The position numbers were made by a program, and so were the translations under genes. Shown here piece after piece: positions 1-9,747 of a stretch of 64,000 nt of DNA. The first letter of the stretch is position 1; each line of letters opens with the position of its first letter. Source of the stretch: Pseudomonadales bacterium (lineage in GTDB: Bacteria; Pseudomonadota; Gammaproteobacteria; Pseudomonadales; IMCC2047). Location: positions 1,030,334-1,094,333 of the forward strand of contig JACKNY010000001.1 of NCBI GenBank assembly GCA_024234615.1. Direction: 5' to 3'. The notes below the pieces were generated by a model that saw only the letters and a list, made by a program, of their open reading frames with translations, did not search any database and was not told the DNA's origin.

Positions 1-947
1 ACCCTGTGCAAATCCATTCTGGGTCAGATCATTGACCGAAAACGCGCCACCAAACTGAGTCGTACCGGTAAGGTTTATCACAAAGTTAGAACTGGTGAGA
101 GGGTCGGGAAAGGGAAAAGCGGTCAGCGCCCCATCTCCTACAGCGGAACCATTGGGGTTGCCGCTGGCATTGACAGGGGTCCAATTAGTGACTGCCGCTA
201 ATGGTTGAGTGGTGCTGAGCGTACCATCATCATTGAATACCAAAGTATATGACTGCAGTGTGGCTGGAGAGCCTGGGCCAATATCCTGATCGTCAATTTT
301 GACATTCATCGTCCAGGTATTTAACGCTGCTTCCTTGACAAAATACTGTGTCATTACATGCGAGTTACCCTGACTATCGAACACGCTGATTGAGGTCGCA
401 TTATTAAAAGTATCGGTATTTTGCGGATCGAAAGGTGCTGTCGTAGGCGGTAAAGCTGAGGCATCCAGGTTGAGCAGGCTTCTTATTTCTGTGGTACGAA
501 TGGGTTCAAGGTTGCCGGTCTGAATCTGCATATTTGAAAGATCACTATCCAAGCCTCCCGCCCCAGTACTAGAAAACCCCTGTAAATTTGCACCATTATT
601 ACTGATGATATAGCCTTCACGGTCCAAGCTGAACAAACCTGAACGTGTATAGCCTCGCTCACCCTGCGCACTGGTGATAAAAAAGCCGGTGCCATTAATG
701 GCCAAATCCAGCGCATTATTAGTAAAGGAAATGTTTCCCTGACTGAATTGCTGCGCCACATCTGCTAACAACACCCCGCTACCAGCGGAGTTTTGACCGC
801 CGCCGACAACCGATGAGGCGTAGACATCGGCGAACTCAGCTACCGAGGATTTAAACCCCGTCGTGCTCGCGTTGGCGATATTGTTGCCGATAACATTAAG
901 ATCGGAGCTGGCGGCTCGTAAACCTGAAATTGCGGTATTAAATGCCA
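1..947 (-). CDS. flgE: Flagellar hook protein FlgE (5' part; 3' end lies beyond the window start)
   Basis: The reverse-strand ATG at 947-945 opens a frame reading MAFNTAISGLRAASSDLNVIGNNIANASTTGFKSS..., the conserved flagellar rod/hook N-terminal motif. The frame stays open to the window edge. It lies directly downstream of flgD, as in flgBCDE operons. Confidence 0.9.
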
Positions 948-971
948 TGATATTCTCCTATTTTTCAACCA

Positions 972-1643
972 TTAATTAATTTGTAGTATGTCGTTCAGAG
1001 CCACTGACCCCAGTGCTCCTTCGAGATTAAGAATGACGCCGCCCGATTGCCCCATGGTAACGCTATCGACATTCGCGTTGACCCGAGTCGCAAGTTGTTC
1101 AGACTGCTCACCCAGGTTAGCGTCAGCGGTTATGCGATAATAACCGGATGGCATTGCCTGCCCATTGGAGCCTATGCCATCCCAACTGAATTTAACCGTA
1201 CCCGCGCCATGGGCGCCCAAGGGTAACTGCCGTACCAGTTCGCCCGATTCGTTATATATTTTGAGCGCCAGATTTCCGGTACTGGCAGGTAACTCAACCA
1301 TACCCGTCAGTGCTGATCCTGAATTAAGACGGCCGGTATCGCTGGGAATCAAAACGCTACGCCCAACTAGGGCGGTTGCCTGCAATGCTTGGCTAGAAAG
1401 CATGCTGGAGCTGAATTTCTCCATGGTGAGGTTAAGCTTTTCTACTCCCTCAACCGTACTGAACTGAGCGAGTTGCGAGAGAAATTCGCCATTATCCTGT
1501 GGCGAAAGTGGGTTCTGGTTATTCAACTGTGCCACCAGCAATTTAAGAAAATCCGATTCCCCACTATCGCTTTTATCCGTTTGCGAGCGTTGATTTACCT
1601 GATCAATGATTGATTGGGTTGAGATGCCGCTGGTTTCATTCAT
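972..1643 (-). CDS. flgD: Flagellar hook capping/assembly protein FlgD
   Basis: The translation contains ...FLKLLVAQLNNQNPLSPQDNGEFLSQLAQFSTVEG..., typical of FlgD. I prefer the ATG at 1643 (MNETSG) because a GGAAGGA Shine-Dalgarno lies just upstream. The track ORF extends to 1664. Confidence 0.9.
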   Translation of the reverse strand: MNETSGISTQSIIDQVNQRSQTDKSDSGESDFLKLLVAQLNNQNPLSPQDNGEFLSQLAQFSTVEGVEKLNLTMEKFSSSMLSSQALQATALVGRSVLIPSDTGRLNSGSALTGMVELPASTGNLALKIYNESGELVRQLPLGAHGAGTVKFSWDGIGSNGQAMPSGYYRITADANLGEQSEQLATRVNANVDSVTMGQSGGVILNLEGALGSVALNDILQIN

Positions 1644-1715
1644 GAGTTGATCCTTCCACAACAAAGGTCTTTAGTATTTTATGTATTCAAAAGGCTTTTA
1701 TTTTTATCACGAGAG

Positions 1716-2147
1716 TTACTGCCCTAAGGTCAGTATTCGCTGCGTCAACTGCTTGGCGGTGTTCATCATTTCTATATTGGTTTCAAACGAGCGCGATGCA
1801 GAAATCATATCCGCCATTTCCTCGACCACATTAACGTTGGGGTAGAACACGAAACCTTCTTTATTTGCCATCGGATGATCTGGTTGATACTGTTGGCGCA
1901 ACGGCGATTGACTCTCGACGATGGCATCGACTCGCACACCGCTGCCAGCATCCCCCTGGTTGCTAAAGTCAAAATCATCGAACTGCGCCTTAATCACCGA
2001 GAACACAGGATGCCTTGCCCGATAGGTTTCCCCAGTACTGCTGCTCACGCTTTCGGCGTTGGCAATATTGCTGGAGATTGTATTTAGTCTGATTGTCTGC
2101 GCTGTCATGCCGGATCCGGCAACATCAAAAATATTTGAGAGCGACAT
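1716..2147 (-). CDS. flgC: Flagellar basal-body rod protein FlgC
   Basis: 143 aa. The N terminus reads MSLSNIFDVAGSGMTAQTIRLNTISSNIANAES and the C terminus has the ...SRSFETNIEMMNTAKQL rod motif. It sits between flgB and flgD. Confidence 0.95.
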   Translation of the reverse strand: MSLSNIFDVAGSGMTAQTIRLNTISSNIANAESVSSSTGETYRARHPVFSVIKAQFDDFDFSNQGDAGSGVRVDAIVESQSPLRQQYQPDHPMANKEGFVFYPNVNVVEEMADMISASRSFETNIEMMNTAKQLTQRILTLGQ

Positions 2148-2150
2148 AGA

Positions 2151-2546
2151 TTATTCTCCTTTGATAGCCTTGCTCAGGCCCTGAAATTTACCACTAAGAA
2201 AGGTAATGCTGGTTTGAAATCGTAAAGCGTTTTTGGCGAACTCAGCCTGTTCTATCTGCAGCTCTACTGTATTGCCATCTAGCGAGGGCTGCATTGGCAC
2301 GCGATACTGTAATTGTTCATTTCCGATGGAACGGGTTGCTGTCGAAATATGTTGGCTATTGGTCGCGGCTAGCTTTATGTTCTGCTTAATTTCACTGTTG
2401 AGTAGCTCACTAAAATTGAGATCACGGGCCTTGAATCCAGGCGTGTCCGTGTTCGCAATATTGTTAGCCAGAATTTCCGCTCGACGGCTATGCAACGCCA
2501 GAGCTTGGTCATGTATTCCTAATGCTGATTCGAAGTTAATTGGCAT
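2151..2546 (-). CDS. flgB: Flagellar basal-body rod protein FlgB
   Basis: 131 aa containing ...RAEILANNIANTDTPGFKARDLNF.... It is the first gene of the flgBCDE operon. Confidence 0.95.
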   Translation of the reverse strand: MPINFESALGIHDQALALHSRRAEILANNIANTDTPGFKARDLNFSELLNSEIKQNIKLAATNSQHISTATRSIGNEQLQYRVPMQPSLDGNTVELQIEQAEFAKNALRFQTSITFLSGKFQGLSKAIKGE

Positions 2547-2623
2547 TGTTGCTCTCGTGACTGATCGACTTATTCAGCTATCTACATTCGATGGCTGTAT
2601 TTACTCTTCTCACCGAAGCTAAA

Positions 2624-2639
2624 AGCAGAATGCGTGCCA
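2624..2639 (-). promoter_or_regulatory. Candidate sigma54 (-24/-12) promoter of the flgBCDE operon
   Basis: The reverse complement reads TGGCACGCATTCTGCT, i.e. GG-N10-GC with TGGCACG at -24 and CTGC at -12. It lies about 80 nt upstream of the flgB ATG. Polar-flagellum flgB operons are classically RpoN-dependent. Confidence 0.55.
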
Positions 2640-3012
2640 ACTTTTATTTTTATTTAAAAACATATGCTTACGTGATTTGTTGGTTTGATATGGGATAAGA
2701 GCGGCAAGCCGTTTCCGCCTTTTGGCCAGTTTATTTCCGCTTTTTTGAGTTAATATTCAATATTCTCGAAATCTAATTTTTCGATGATCGAAAGTCCCGA
2801 TTTACCTCTCTCATCGGTTTAGCGCGCACTTAGCGGCTTAGCAGCATCGTTTTAAAGGGTGCTTTTTAATAGGCATGGATATTGCTTCTACACTAGTGCA
2901 TGAATAATTATGGAGAGAAAGCGCCAATATATTGCCGCTTTCGGCGTCATTGCCAACACCAGTGCGCGTAAAAGAATTTGCGAATGAAGCTCAGCGAGAA
3001 TTATCAAAGCCA

Positions 3013-3744
3013 ATGCGATATCTAAAAGGAAGCGGTTACCCATCTTTAATAGTCACGCTAATGCTAGCACTGCTGGGGCTTCCCTCTCTCTCATCGGGCA
3101 CCACCAGTCCACAGCTCATCGAACAATTGGTGGAAGGTGAAGTAACCCGACAATTGGAAGTTCAACATATCCGGCAGCGGCCGGGTCAAAGGGTTAGTTT
3201 CCAACTTTCTCAAATTGACCCAAGGCTGCGTCTTGCCGACTGTGGAGCGCCCATCACTGTCGATTTAGGTACAGGCAAGTTGTTGGGGCGTGTGACTGCC
3301 AAGGTTGAGTGTAAAAGTCCGTCACCCTGGACTATCTATGTTCCGCTGACGATTCAGGTCTTCAAGAAAGTGGTCACTATTCGCGCTCCTGCCACTGCCG
3401 GAAAGCTATTAGAGCACAACGATTTGCAGCTGAGTGAGCAGGAAGTGTCGTCCTTAACGCAGGGCTACTTCACCCAAATCAAGCAAGTCTCAAACAAGCT
3501 ATTGAAACGTTCGATAACAATGAATGGTGTTATTACACCAAGGATGATTGAAGAACCAAAGGTGGTAAAAAAAGGAGATGAGGTAATGATCGTCGCTACC
3601 AAGGGGGCATTATCTGTAAGGAGCCCTGGCGTTGCGCTCAGCGACGGCCGTGTTGGTCAACAAATCAGTGTTAAAAACAGCGCAACGAAGCGCATTGTAA
3701 AGGCAAGAGTAAAGCGAAAAGGCTTGGTTCAGGTCACCATTTAA
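3013..3744 (+). CDS. flgA: Flagellar P-ring assembly chaperone FlgA
   Basis: It is divergent from flgB and precedes flgM. It has a signal-like N terminus (MRYLKGSGYPSLIVTLMLALLGLPSLS) and a C-terminal SAF-like segment (KKGDEVMIVA...VALSDGRVGQQISVKN). The start is uncertain, because the track ORF begins at a TTG at 2932. Confidence 0.8.
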   Translation: MRYLKGSGYPSLIVTLMLALLGLPSLSSGTTSPQLIEQLVEGEVTRQLEVQHIRQRPGQRVSFQLSQIDPRLRLADCGAPITVDLGTGKLLGRVTAKVECKSPSPWTIYVPLTIQVFKKVVTIRAPATAGKLLEHNDLQLSEQEVSSLTQGYFTQIKQVSNKLLKRSITMNGVITPRMIEEPKVVKKGDEVMIVATKGALSVRSPGVALSDGRVGQQISVKNSATKRIVKARVKRKGLVQVTI

Positions 3745-3838
3745 TTCTGCCCAAGTACACCCTTGATTGCCGCGAGACTGAAAATTTGAATTACCAAGGC
3801 ATATTGATAATATAGGACGCAGCTATCTTGAATTCTGC

Positions 3839-3865
3839 TAAAGTTATTCTTGGCGCAGCCGATAG
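3839..3865 (+). promoter_or_regulatory. Candidate sigma28 (FliA) promoter for flgMN
   Basis: TAAA (3839-3842), a 15-nt spacer, then GCCGATAG (3858-3865). This matches the TAAA-N15-GCCGATAA class III flagellar consensus and lies about 30 nt upstream of the flgM ATG. Confidence 0.6.
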
Positions 3866-3896
3866 CATTCATACTAGGGGAATCTAGAGAAACGAG

Positions 3897-4202
3897 ATGG
3901 TTAACGAAATAAACGGGCTTACCTCAACGATCACCACCGGTACCGGAAAAAAATCGGGCCGCGTGGATTCCGTGGGTGCAGACACTCAGTCGGTAGCAGA
4001 GGCCGCCAGCGACGCGCCGAGCGATAACTTTGAGCTAAGCACACAGGCGCAGTTGTTAAGCAAACTGGAAGCTACGATCAGCCGTTTGCCCGAAGTTGAC
4101 CAAGACCGTGTGAATGCCATTCGCGATGCTATAAACAGCGGAAATTTCGATATAGATAGCTTCAGTCTAGCTCAGGATATTATCAATTTTGAGTTTAAAT
4201 AA
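3897..4202 (+). CDS. flgM: Anti-sigma-28 factor FlgM
   Basis: 101 aa with a disordered Ser/Thr/Gly-rich N terminus and a C-terminal ...VDQDRVNAIRDAINSGNFDIDSFSLAQDII motif. It sits in the flgA-flgM-flgN position. Confidence 0.85.
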   Translation: MVNEINGLTSTITTGTGKKSGRVDSVGADTQSVAEAASDAPSDNFELSTQAQLLSKLEATISRLPEVDQDRVNAIRDAINSGNFDIDSFSLAQDIINFEFK

Positions 4203-4255
4203 AGGTCGCAGTATCTTGTTGCTGCCCTTAAGCACTACCAGACTGGAGATTGACC

Positions 4256-4735
4256 ATGACTCACCAGGAACGCTTTTCCTCGTTGATGCAGGAAGCAGCT
4301 ATTCTACTCGACCAACTTATTCTCCTGCTACAGGAGGAACGAAGTAGTTTATCTCAAAATAATGCTGCACTGACTCAACCTATTCTTACACGAAAAACTG
4401 AGCTATTGGCATTGTTGGAGCAGAACAGCCAGCAGCGTAACCAGCTCTTAGTCAGCCAAGGTCTGTCGGCGGATGACAGTGGCGTGCAAGCTTATTTCAA
4501 ATCCTTGCCACAAAATGTAGCGAAATCATATGCTGAAAAATGGCAGGTTTTGGAGGAAAAACTAGAGAATTGCAAAGCCGAAAACCTAATCAATGGTAAA
4601 ATTATTCATCGCTCACGGCAGCAAGTGGATGTGCTGCTCAACTTGCTTCAGGGCAATAGCGGTGCAAGCAAGATTTATACGGAGAACGGGCAGGCCAAAT
4701 CAGTGAACCGCCACCATCCGTTGGCGGAAGTCTAA
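4256..4735 (+). CDS. flgN: Flagellar export chaperone FlgN
   Basis: A helical, Leu/Gln-rich protein of about 159 aa immediately after flgM. The ATG at 4256 has a GGAG 7 nt upstream. The track ORF starts at a TTG at 4250. Confidence 0.8.
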   Translation: MTHQERFSSLMQEAAILLDQLILLLQEERSSLSQNNAALTQPILTRKTELLALLEQNSQQRNQLLVSQGLSADDSGVQAYFKSLPQNVAKSYAEKWQVLEEKLENCKAENLINGKIIHRSRQQVDVLLNLLQGNSGASKIYTENGQAKSVNRHHPLAEV

Positions 4736-4868
4736 AAACCATTGCCCGGCGCGCCGAAGACTTGCAGAGATATTAAGGAATTAATTAGAGGCTCCCTAGC
4801 ATTAGGCTGGTAAAATTTCGGACACCAACTAAACTTATTATTAAAATCAATTAGTTGCAGGTGGCTCA

Positions 4869-5621
4869 ATGGTCATTGAATCCGACATCGCTGAAACCAA
4901 CAACCAAGATGTTATCGGAATCCGCACGATTTCTGATAGACATCAGATTTTTAGCATTCTTAGCGCTGTACAAAAAGCAAGAACACCAATCTCAATTAAG
5001 TTCGAAAACCGAGAGCGTTATTATACCAGCCTGATACTGAGAACTGAGCTGGACGAAGCCTATATGATCATTGATGAGATCGCTCCTGAAGACGGCCATT
5101 TGCTCGCCATGAGTAAGCTGCCATTCTCTATTCGGGGTAGCCACGGCGGGGTTAGCCTCTTTTTTCGACCAAACGTTATTTCCGGCTCTGGCATCCAATC
5201 AGATATTGCTTTCTATAAAATAAAGTTTCCTGAAGAAATGATCTACCAGCAGCGCCGCAGTGCATTCAGAGCGCCAGTGGCGCGAGCGCTGCAAATTAAG
5301 GTGGCTGTCCGTTCTAAACAGCGTGACGAAATGCTGGTTGGAAGGCTCTATGATTTATCCATTAGCGGCTGTCGGATTAATTTTGAAGGCGAGATAAAAC
5401 CTGCCTTGATTCGTGGCGACAGCTTTGAGGAATGTAGCTTCTTTTTCAATGATTTTACTCTGAATGTACCGGTTACATTGAAGCACGCCAGCTATGTTCG
5501 CGACTGGGGCGAAACCACCTGTGGCTTTAAGTTTGAAGGGTTGGATAAAGCATCACAAAAACCCATTGACCGGTTTGTTTATTTTCTACAGCGTGAAGCT
5601 CGCCGTCTGGAGACGAAATAA
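4869..5621 (+). CDS. YcgR-like flagellar brake protein (PilZN + PilZ c-di-GMP binding domain)
   Basis: 250 aa. The PilZ motifs QQRRSAFR (RxxxR) and DLSISGCRI (D/NxSxxG) are present. It lies next to the flagellar genes. Confidence 0.85.
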   Translation: MVIESDIAETNNQDVIGIRTISDRHQIFSILSAVQKARTPISIKFENRERYYTSLILRTELDEAYMIIDEIAPEDGHLLAMSKLPFSIRGSHGGVSLFFRPNVISGSGIQSDIAFYKIKFPEEMIYQQRRSAFRAPVARALQIKVAVRSKQRDEMLVGRLYDLSISGCRINFEGEIKPALIRGDSFEECSFFFNDFTLNVPVTLKHASYVRDWGETTCGFKFEGLDKASQKPIDRFVYFLQREARRLETK

Positions 5622-5671
5622 TTGTAACGGAAATCTTACCTGCTTGTTTCCTGGTACTAAAAGCGGGCCAG

Positions 5672-7114
5672 TTAGCTAACAAAGAGCGATGCATTGATCC
5701 ACATGTGGACCGCAATACTAGCGGCATAACCCAGTGCAATGACAGGTGTCCATTTCAGGTGGCTTAAAAAAGTATATTGCCCTCGCGCTTGGCCCATCAG
5801 CGCCACGCCAGCTGCAGAGCCTATGGAGAGTAAACTACCTCCGACTCCGGCAGTCATTGTTACCAATAACCACTGTCCAGTGGACATCTCAGGCTGCATT
5901 GTCAAAACCGCGAACATCACAGGAATGTTGTCTATAACCGATGAAAGAACGCCGACCAAAATATTCGCCTGAGTTGCTCCCAACTGTATATACATCACTT
6001 CCGACATCATTGCCAAGTAACCCATATAACCAAGGCCACCGACACAGAGTACGACACCGCAAAAAAATAAAAGCGTGTCCCATTCGGCAGAGGCGACCTC
6101 ACTAAAAACGTCGAATGGTGCTGCTTCTCCCAGCCTTTCCAAGGAGACAGCGTCGCCATTTGCCCGCGCGATTGCTTTTTGCTTGGCAATAGCTTTCGGT
6201 AAGGTTTTACTTAGGTAATAACCAAAAAACTGGAGATAGGCAAGGCCCGTCAACATACCTATGACGGGAGGTAAGCCTAAGGCTGAATGGAAGATAACAG
6301 CGGTCACTATTGTGCAAAGAAATAGTAATACGATACGCTTCGCGCCAGGCTTTGTTACGATGTTGTCAGCACTGGCTAAAGGCCGCTCATTAGGAATAAA
6401 AAAGTGCATGATAGCGGCTGGTATCAGGAAATTAACCAAGGAGGGCACAAATAAAACAAAGAAGTCCTGGAAGGCAATTACACCCTTTTGCCAAACCATC
6501 AAGGTCGTAATATCACCAAATGGGCTAAATGCACCTCCGGCGTTTGCGGCAACCACGATATTAATGCAGGCCAGGCTGACAAACTTTCGATTGTTGCCAC
6601 CCATCGCTAACACTACGGCGCACATCAGCAAGGCTGTGGTCAGGTTATCCGCCACCGGTGAAATACAAAAGGATAAAACACCCGTCATCCAAAATAGTGC
6701 TCTGAAGCTAAACCCCCGTTGCAACAGCCAGCACCGCAGGGCGTCAAACACCTTACGCTCTTCCATCGCGCTGATATACGTCATGGCAACCAATAAAAAC
6801 AGCATAAGCTCTGCATATTCGAGCAGACTATGGCGAACCGCTTCCTCTACCAGATGGGGCAAATTATGTTCTGCATAGACCAAGGCGATAACTGCCCAAA
6901 TGAGACCGGCCGCGAGCAAAACAGGTTTTGATTTCCGTAAATGGGTCAGTTCTTCGGTCATCACCAAAAGATAGGCTAGGACAAATATCACGAGGGCAAA
7001 ATAACCGGCAGGGTGGGATGTAAGATTTAATGTTTGAGCTGTCTCTGAGGCCATTGAAGCATCTGACCAACCAAAAAGTAAACCGAACAACGAGAACCAA
7101 AGCCCGTATCTCAC
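5672..7114 (-). CDS. nhaD: NhaD-family Na+/H+ antiporter (CitMHS-like fold)
   Basis: 480 aa polytopic membrane protein whose length and motif pattern recall NhaD antiporters. It uses a GTG start. All other track ORFs inside it are antisense or out of frame and are ignored. Confidence 0.7.
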   Translation of the reverse strand: MRYGLWFSLFGLLFGWSDASMASETAQTLNLTSHPAGYFALVIFVLAYLLVMTEELTHLRKSKPVLLAAGLIWAVIALVYAEHNLPHLVEEAVRHSLLEYAELMLFLLVAMTYISAMEERKVFDALRCWLLQRGFSFRALFWMTGVLSFCISPVADNLTTALLMCAVVLAMGGNNRKFVSLACINIVVAANAGGAFSPFGDITTLMVWQKGVIAFQDFFVLFVPSLVNFLIPAAIMHFFIPNERPLASADNIVTKPGAKRIVLLFLCTIVTAVIFHSALGLPPVIGMLTGLAYLQFFGYYLSKTLPKAIAKQKAIARANGDAVSLERLGEAAPFDVFSEVASAEWDTLLFFCGVVLCVGGLGYMGYLAMMSEVMYIQLGATQANILVGVLSSVIDNIPVMFAVLTMQPEMSTGQWLLVTMTAGVGGSLLSIGSAAGVALMGQARGQYTFLSHLKWTPVIALGYAASIAVHMWINASLFVS

Positions 7115-7274
7115 GATATTTTCCTTTTACAAATAGTTAAAAAATCCAAAATCTAGCATACAAAAGAAAGCCTTTGGCTGAAAATCCTTGCTGTATTTTG
7201 TAAGGCAGAAATAAGCCGTAAATATATCCTAATGAGGGAGCCACCACCTATTCATATAAATTATGCTGGACATT

Positions 7275-7940
7275 TTAGGTCACATCGAAAAAATTATTTA
7301 GGCCGATGATCTCTTTTGTTGGCAGCAGGAGCCGTGCCAGATCCTCTGGACGATCTAAGTCCCATAGCGTCGGTAGTTGGATAACGTTCCAACCTATCTG
7401 CATCAGTCTTTGGCGGGTTTGCTCAAATACCTGAGCCGAGCCCCAATCTATATTTGAAAAGATTAAAGGGTCAATTTGGCGAAGTCCGATCAGGACATAA
7501 CCGCCGTCCTCCGCCGGGCCAATGACGGCTTTACTTTCAGGCTCACCCGTAACAAGTTGCTCCACTGCTATTTCCAGATATGCCCTGTCGAGCGTAGGGC
7601 AATCACTACCGATAAGAATGATGAAGTCATAGCATTCCAGAACTGCTGCTATCGCATGCATCATGCGCTCACCAAGATCCTCCCCCTGTTGCCAACGAAT
7701 GTCTGGCTGATATCTCTCAGCGATTGCGGCAATACTGGCATTTGTCGAGGAGGGATCACTTAACCAGAGTTCAACGGGACAAAGGTTGGCTGTTAGACAA
7801 GTAACTAATGTTTTTTCTAAAAAATGCTGATGTAGCGCCAATGCTTTTTCTGCACCGATTGAAGGAATTAAACGCGTCTTTACCTTACCTAGTTCCGGAG
7901 TCTTTGCAAACTGAATGATACAGCCCTGCGGATACTTCAC
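7275..7940 (-). CDS. DUF2064 / TIGR04282-family glycosyltransferase-like protein
   Basis: 221 aa with FAKTPELGKVKTRL, ILIGSDCPTL and GPAEDGGYVLIGL, the signature blocks of DUF2064. Its start overlaps the upstream GT2 gene stop by 4 nt. Confidence 0.7.
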   Translation of the reverse strand: MKYPQGCIIQFAKTPELGKVKTRLIPSIGAEKALALHQHFLEKTLVTCLTANLCPVELWLSDPSSTNASIAAIAERYQPDIRWQQGEDLGERMMHAIAAVLECYDFIILIGSDCPTLDRAYLEIAVEQLVTGEPESKAVIGPAEDGGYVLIGLRQIDPLIFSNIDWGSAQVFEQTRQRLMQIGWNVIQLPTLWDLDRPEDLARLLLPTKEIIGLNNFFDVT

Positions 7941-8644
7941 GGTAAATTTCCCTGGTAATTCGTGGAGTTATCATATTGTTTAACCAAACGAGAAGGGCTA
8001 ACACCCAGAAAATATAAGAAGCGTAATTTCCACATGAGCAAAATGGTGCGCCAGATACCACGTTGTTCCCAGCGTCGACTTGAGGTCACTAAAGGTGAGC
8101 CAATACAAAGTGGGCGGCTTAGGCGTTTCAATCGTTTGCTCAACTCAACATCTTCCATCAAGGGAATCTGGGCATACCCACCAATAGTTTGAAATAACGC
8201 TCTGCGTACAAAAATTGCCTGATCACCAGTGGCAATCCCTGTCATTTTCGACCGCAGGTTCATTAAGTGAGCAACCAATCGCAAATGCGGGTGAGAACCA
8301 CTCAGCCGAACGTCGAAGCGCCCCCAGGCTTGCTTGGCAGGCATTATTTTATCCCGCCAAATCGATTCAATATTTTGGGGTAGAAGGGTGTCCGCGTGCA
8401 AAAACATCAGCCATTCACCCTGCGCGATTTGTGCTCCAGCGTTCATTTGTAGTGCACGTCCGGCTTTGGTTTGAATAATTCGATCCGTGAATGGTGCTGC
8501 TATCGCTATGGTTTGGTCTTTGCTGCCACCATCAATCAGAATGATTTCGCTATTGAGAGCCTCTGTACTTTGTCGCAGGCTAGCAAGCGTCTGTGCTAAT
8601 ACTGCCGCTTCATTAAGAGTGGGGATGATGAAGCTAATCTGCAT
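7937..8644 (-). CDS. Family-2 glycosyltransferase (TIGR04283-like partner of DUF2064 and ArsS)
   Basis: 235 aa. The N terminus is ISFIIPTLNEAAVL...IILIDGGSKDQT and a ...HADT... block is present. It lies between arsS and the DUF2064 gene. Confidence 0.7.
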   Translation of the reverse strand: MQISFIIPTLNEAAVLAQTLASLRQSTEALNSEIILIDGGSKDQTIAIAAPFTDRIIQTKAGRALQMNAGAQIAQGEWLMFLHADTLLPQNIESIWRDKIMPAKQAWGRFDVRLSGSHPHLRLVAHLMNLRSKMTGIATGDQAIFVRRALFQTIGGYAQIPLMEDVELSKRLKRLSRPLCIGSPLVTSSRRWEQRGIWRTILLMWKLRFLYFLGVSPSRLVKQYDNSTNYQGNLP

Positions 8645-8662
8645 AAGGTCGGCAATGGTGTC

Positions 8663-9625
8663 TCAGGAAAGTGCGCCGCCACAGCTGCTGCCCTGTCCGG
8701 CGGTACAGCCGTAACAATGATCGGCGACCGCGATGGCTGCTCCGCGGATATCTTTATTCATAAGATCTTGCAGGTGGATTTTGGTGCGATCTGACGCCAA
8801 CAGTGGCATATCCAACATTTGGTTAAAATCGCAGTCGTATACAAAACCTTGCCAATCCACGCTGATTAAGCTTCGACACATCACCGTTGGTAAATTAGCG
8901 GGTTGAAAATTATTTTTTAGCAATTGAATGTAACTATCGAATTGTCGTTTGGATATTAGTGTGCTGCCGAAACGACTGATGGGCATATTAGCCAGCGCGA
9001 ATAGTTGATTAAACTCAATACCATAATGCTCACGTAACTCTCTTTTGTAGTCCTGTTCCAAAACTTGCTGAGGTGGTGGCAAAAATGGCCCGGTCGGGTT
9101 ATAAACCAGATTGAGCACTAGACCAGAGTTGGGCATTCCGTAGCCGAGCTGGTTTAAGAGCTGTAGCGCGGCGATACTATCCTTAAAAACACCCTTGCCA
9201 CGCTGTTGATCCACGTTCTGTTCCGAATAGCAAGGTAACGAGGCCGTCACAATCACCTGCTGGTCAGCGAGAAACTGAGCGTAATCCTCGTAACCTGGTT
9301 CCAGCAATATGGTTGGGTTGCAGCGGTCCATTACCTGCGCATTTCTGGCCCGGGCTTGTGTCACCAGATATTTAAAGTGAGGGTTCATTTCCGGCGAGCC
9401 GCCAGTCAGATCCAATAACCGAATGTTGCGATGTTCGATAAAAGCCAACACCCTATCGATATTATCTCGATCCATCAATTCGGTACGTCGAGGACCAGCG
9501 TTCACATGGCAGTGCACACAACTCAGGTTGCAAAGATAACCGAGGTTGACTTGGAGGGTTTCCAGCTTTTTGCGCTGTAGTGGAGGGAATGTAGTTGTCG
9601 CTAAAAGCGGTCGAGTATCGAGCAT
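8663..9625 (-). CDS. arsS: Radical SAM / Cys-rich domain protein ArsS (arsenosugar-biosynthesis type, Cys form)
   Basis: 320 aa with LQVNLGYLCNLSCVHCHVNAGPRRTE (CxxxCxxC radical SAM cluster) and a C-terminal HCYGCTAGQGSSCGGAL Cys-rich tail characteristic of the family. Confidence 0.78.
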   Translation of the reverse strand: MLDTRPLLATTTFPPLQRKKLETLQVNLGYLCNLSCVHCHVNAGPRRTELMDRDNIDRVLAFIEHRNIRLLDLTGGSPEMNPHFKYLVTQARARNAQVMDRCNPTILLEPGYEDYAQFLADQQVIVTASLPCYSEQNVDQQRGKGVFKDSIAALQLLNQLGYGMPNSGLVLNLVYNPTGPFLPPPQQVLEQDYKRELREHYGIEFNQLFALANMPISRFGSTLISKRQFDSYIQLLKNNFQPANLPTVMCRSLISVDWQGFVYDCDFNQMLDMPLLASDRTKIHLQDLMNKDIRGAAIAVADHCYGCTAGQGSSCGGALS

Positions 9626-9747
9626 GAGAAACCCGTTTTGGATGATGAAAAGAGCGAACTAAGGTCGCCAAAAGATCCATAATAGAGCACCTCGCTTATT
9701 ATGAACAGCAAGCGACCTATTCATTCCCGGTAATGCTGTCGGCCGGG

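Noticed and set aside
5739-7100. Many track ORFs of 60-205 aa inside or antisense to nhaD (for example 6261-6878 +, 5889-6083 -). Similar nested ORFs occur inside mfd, topA, the nqr genes, int, htpX and others.
   Set aside because: Each lies wholly within a much longer ORF that has clear family motifs. Their translations are low-complexity or Arg/Ser/Cys-rich, as expected for off-frame reading. None has its own Shine-Dalgarno or a recognisable motif.
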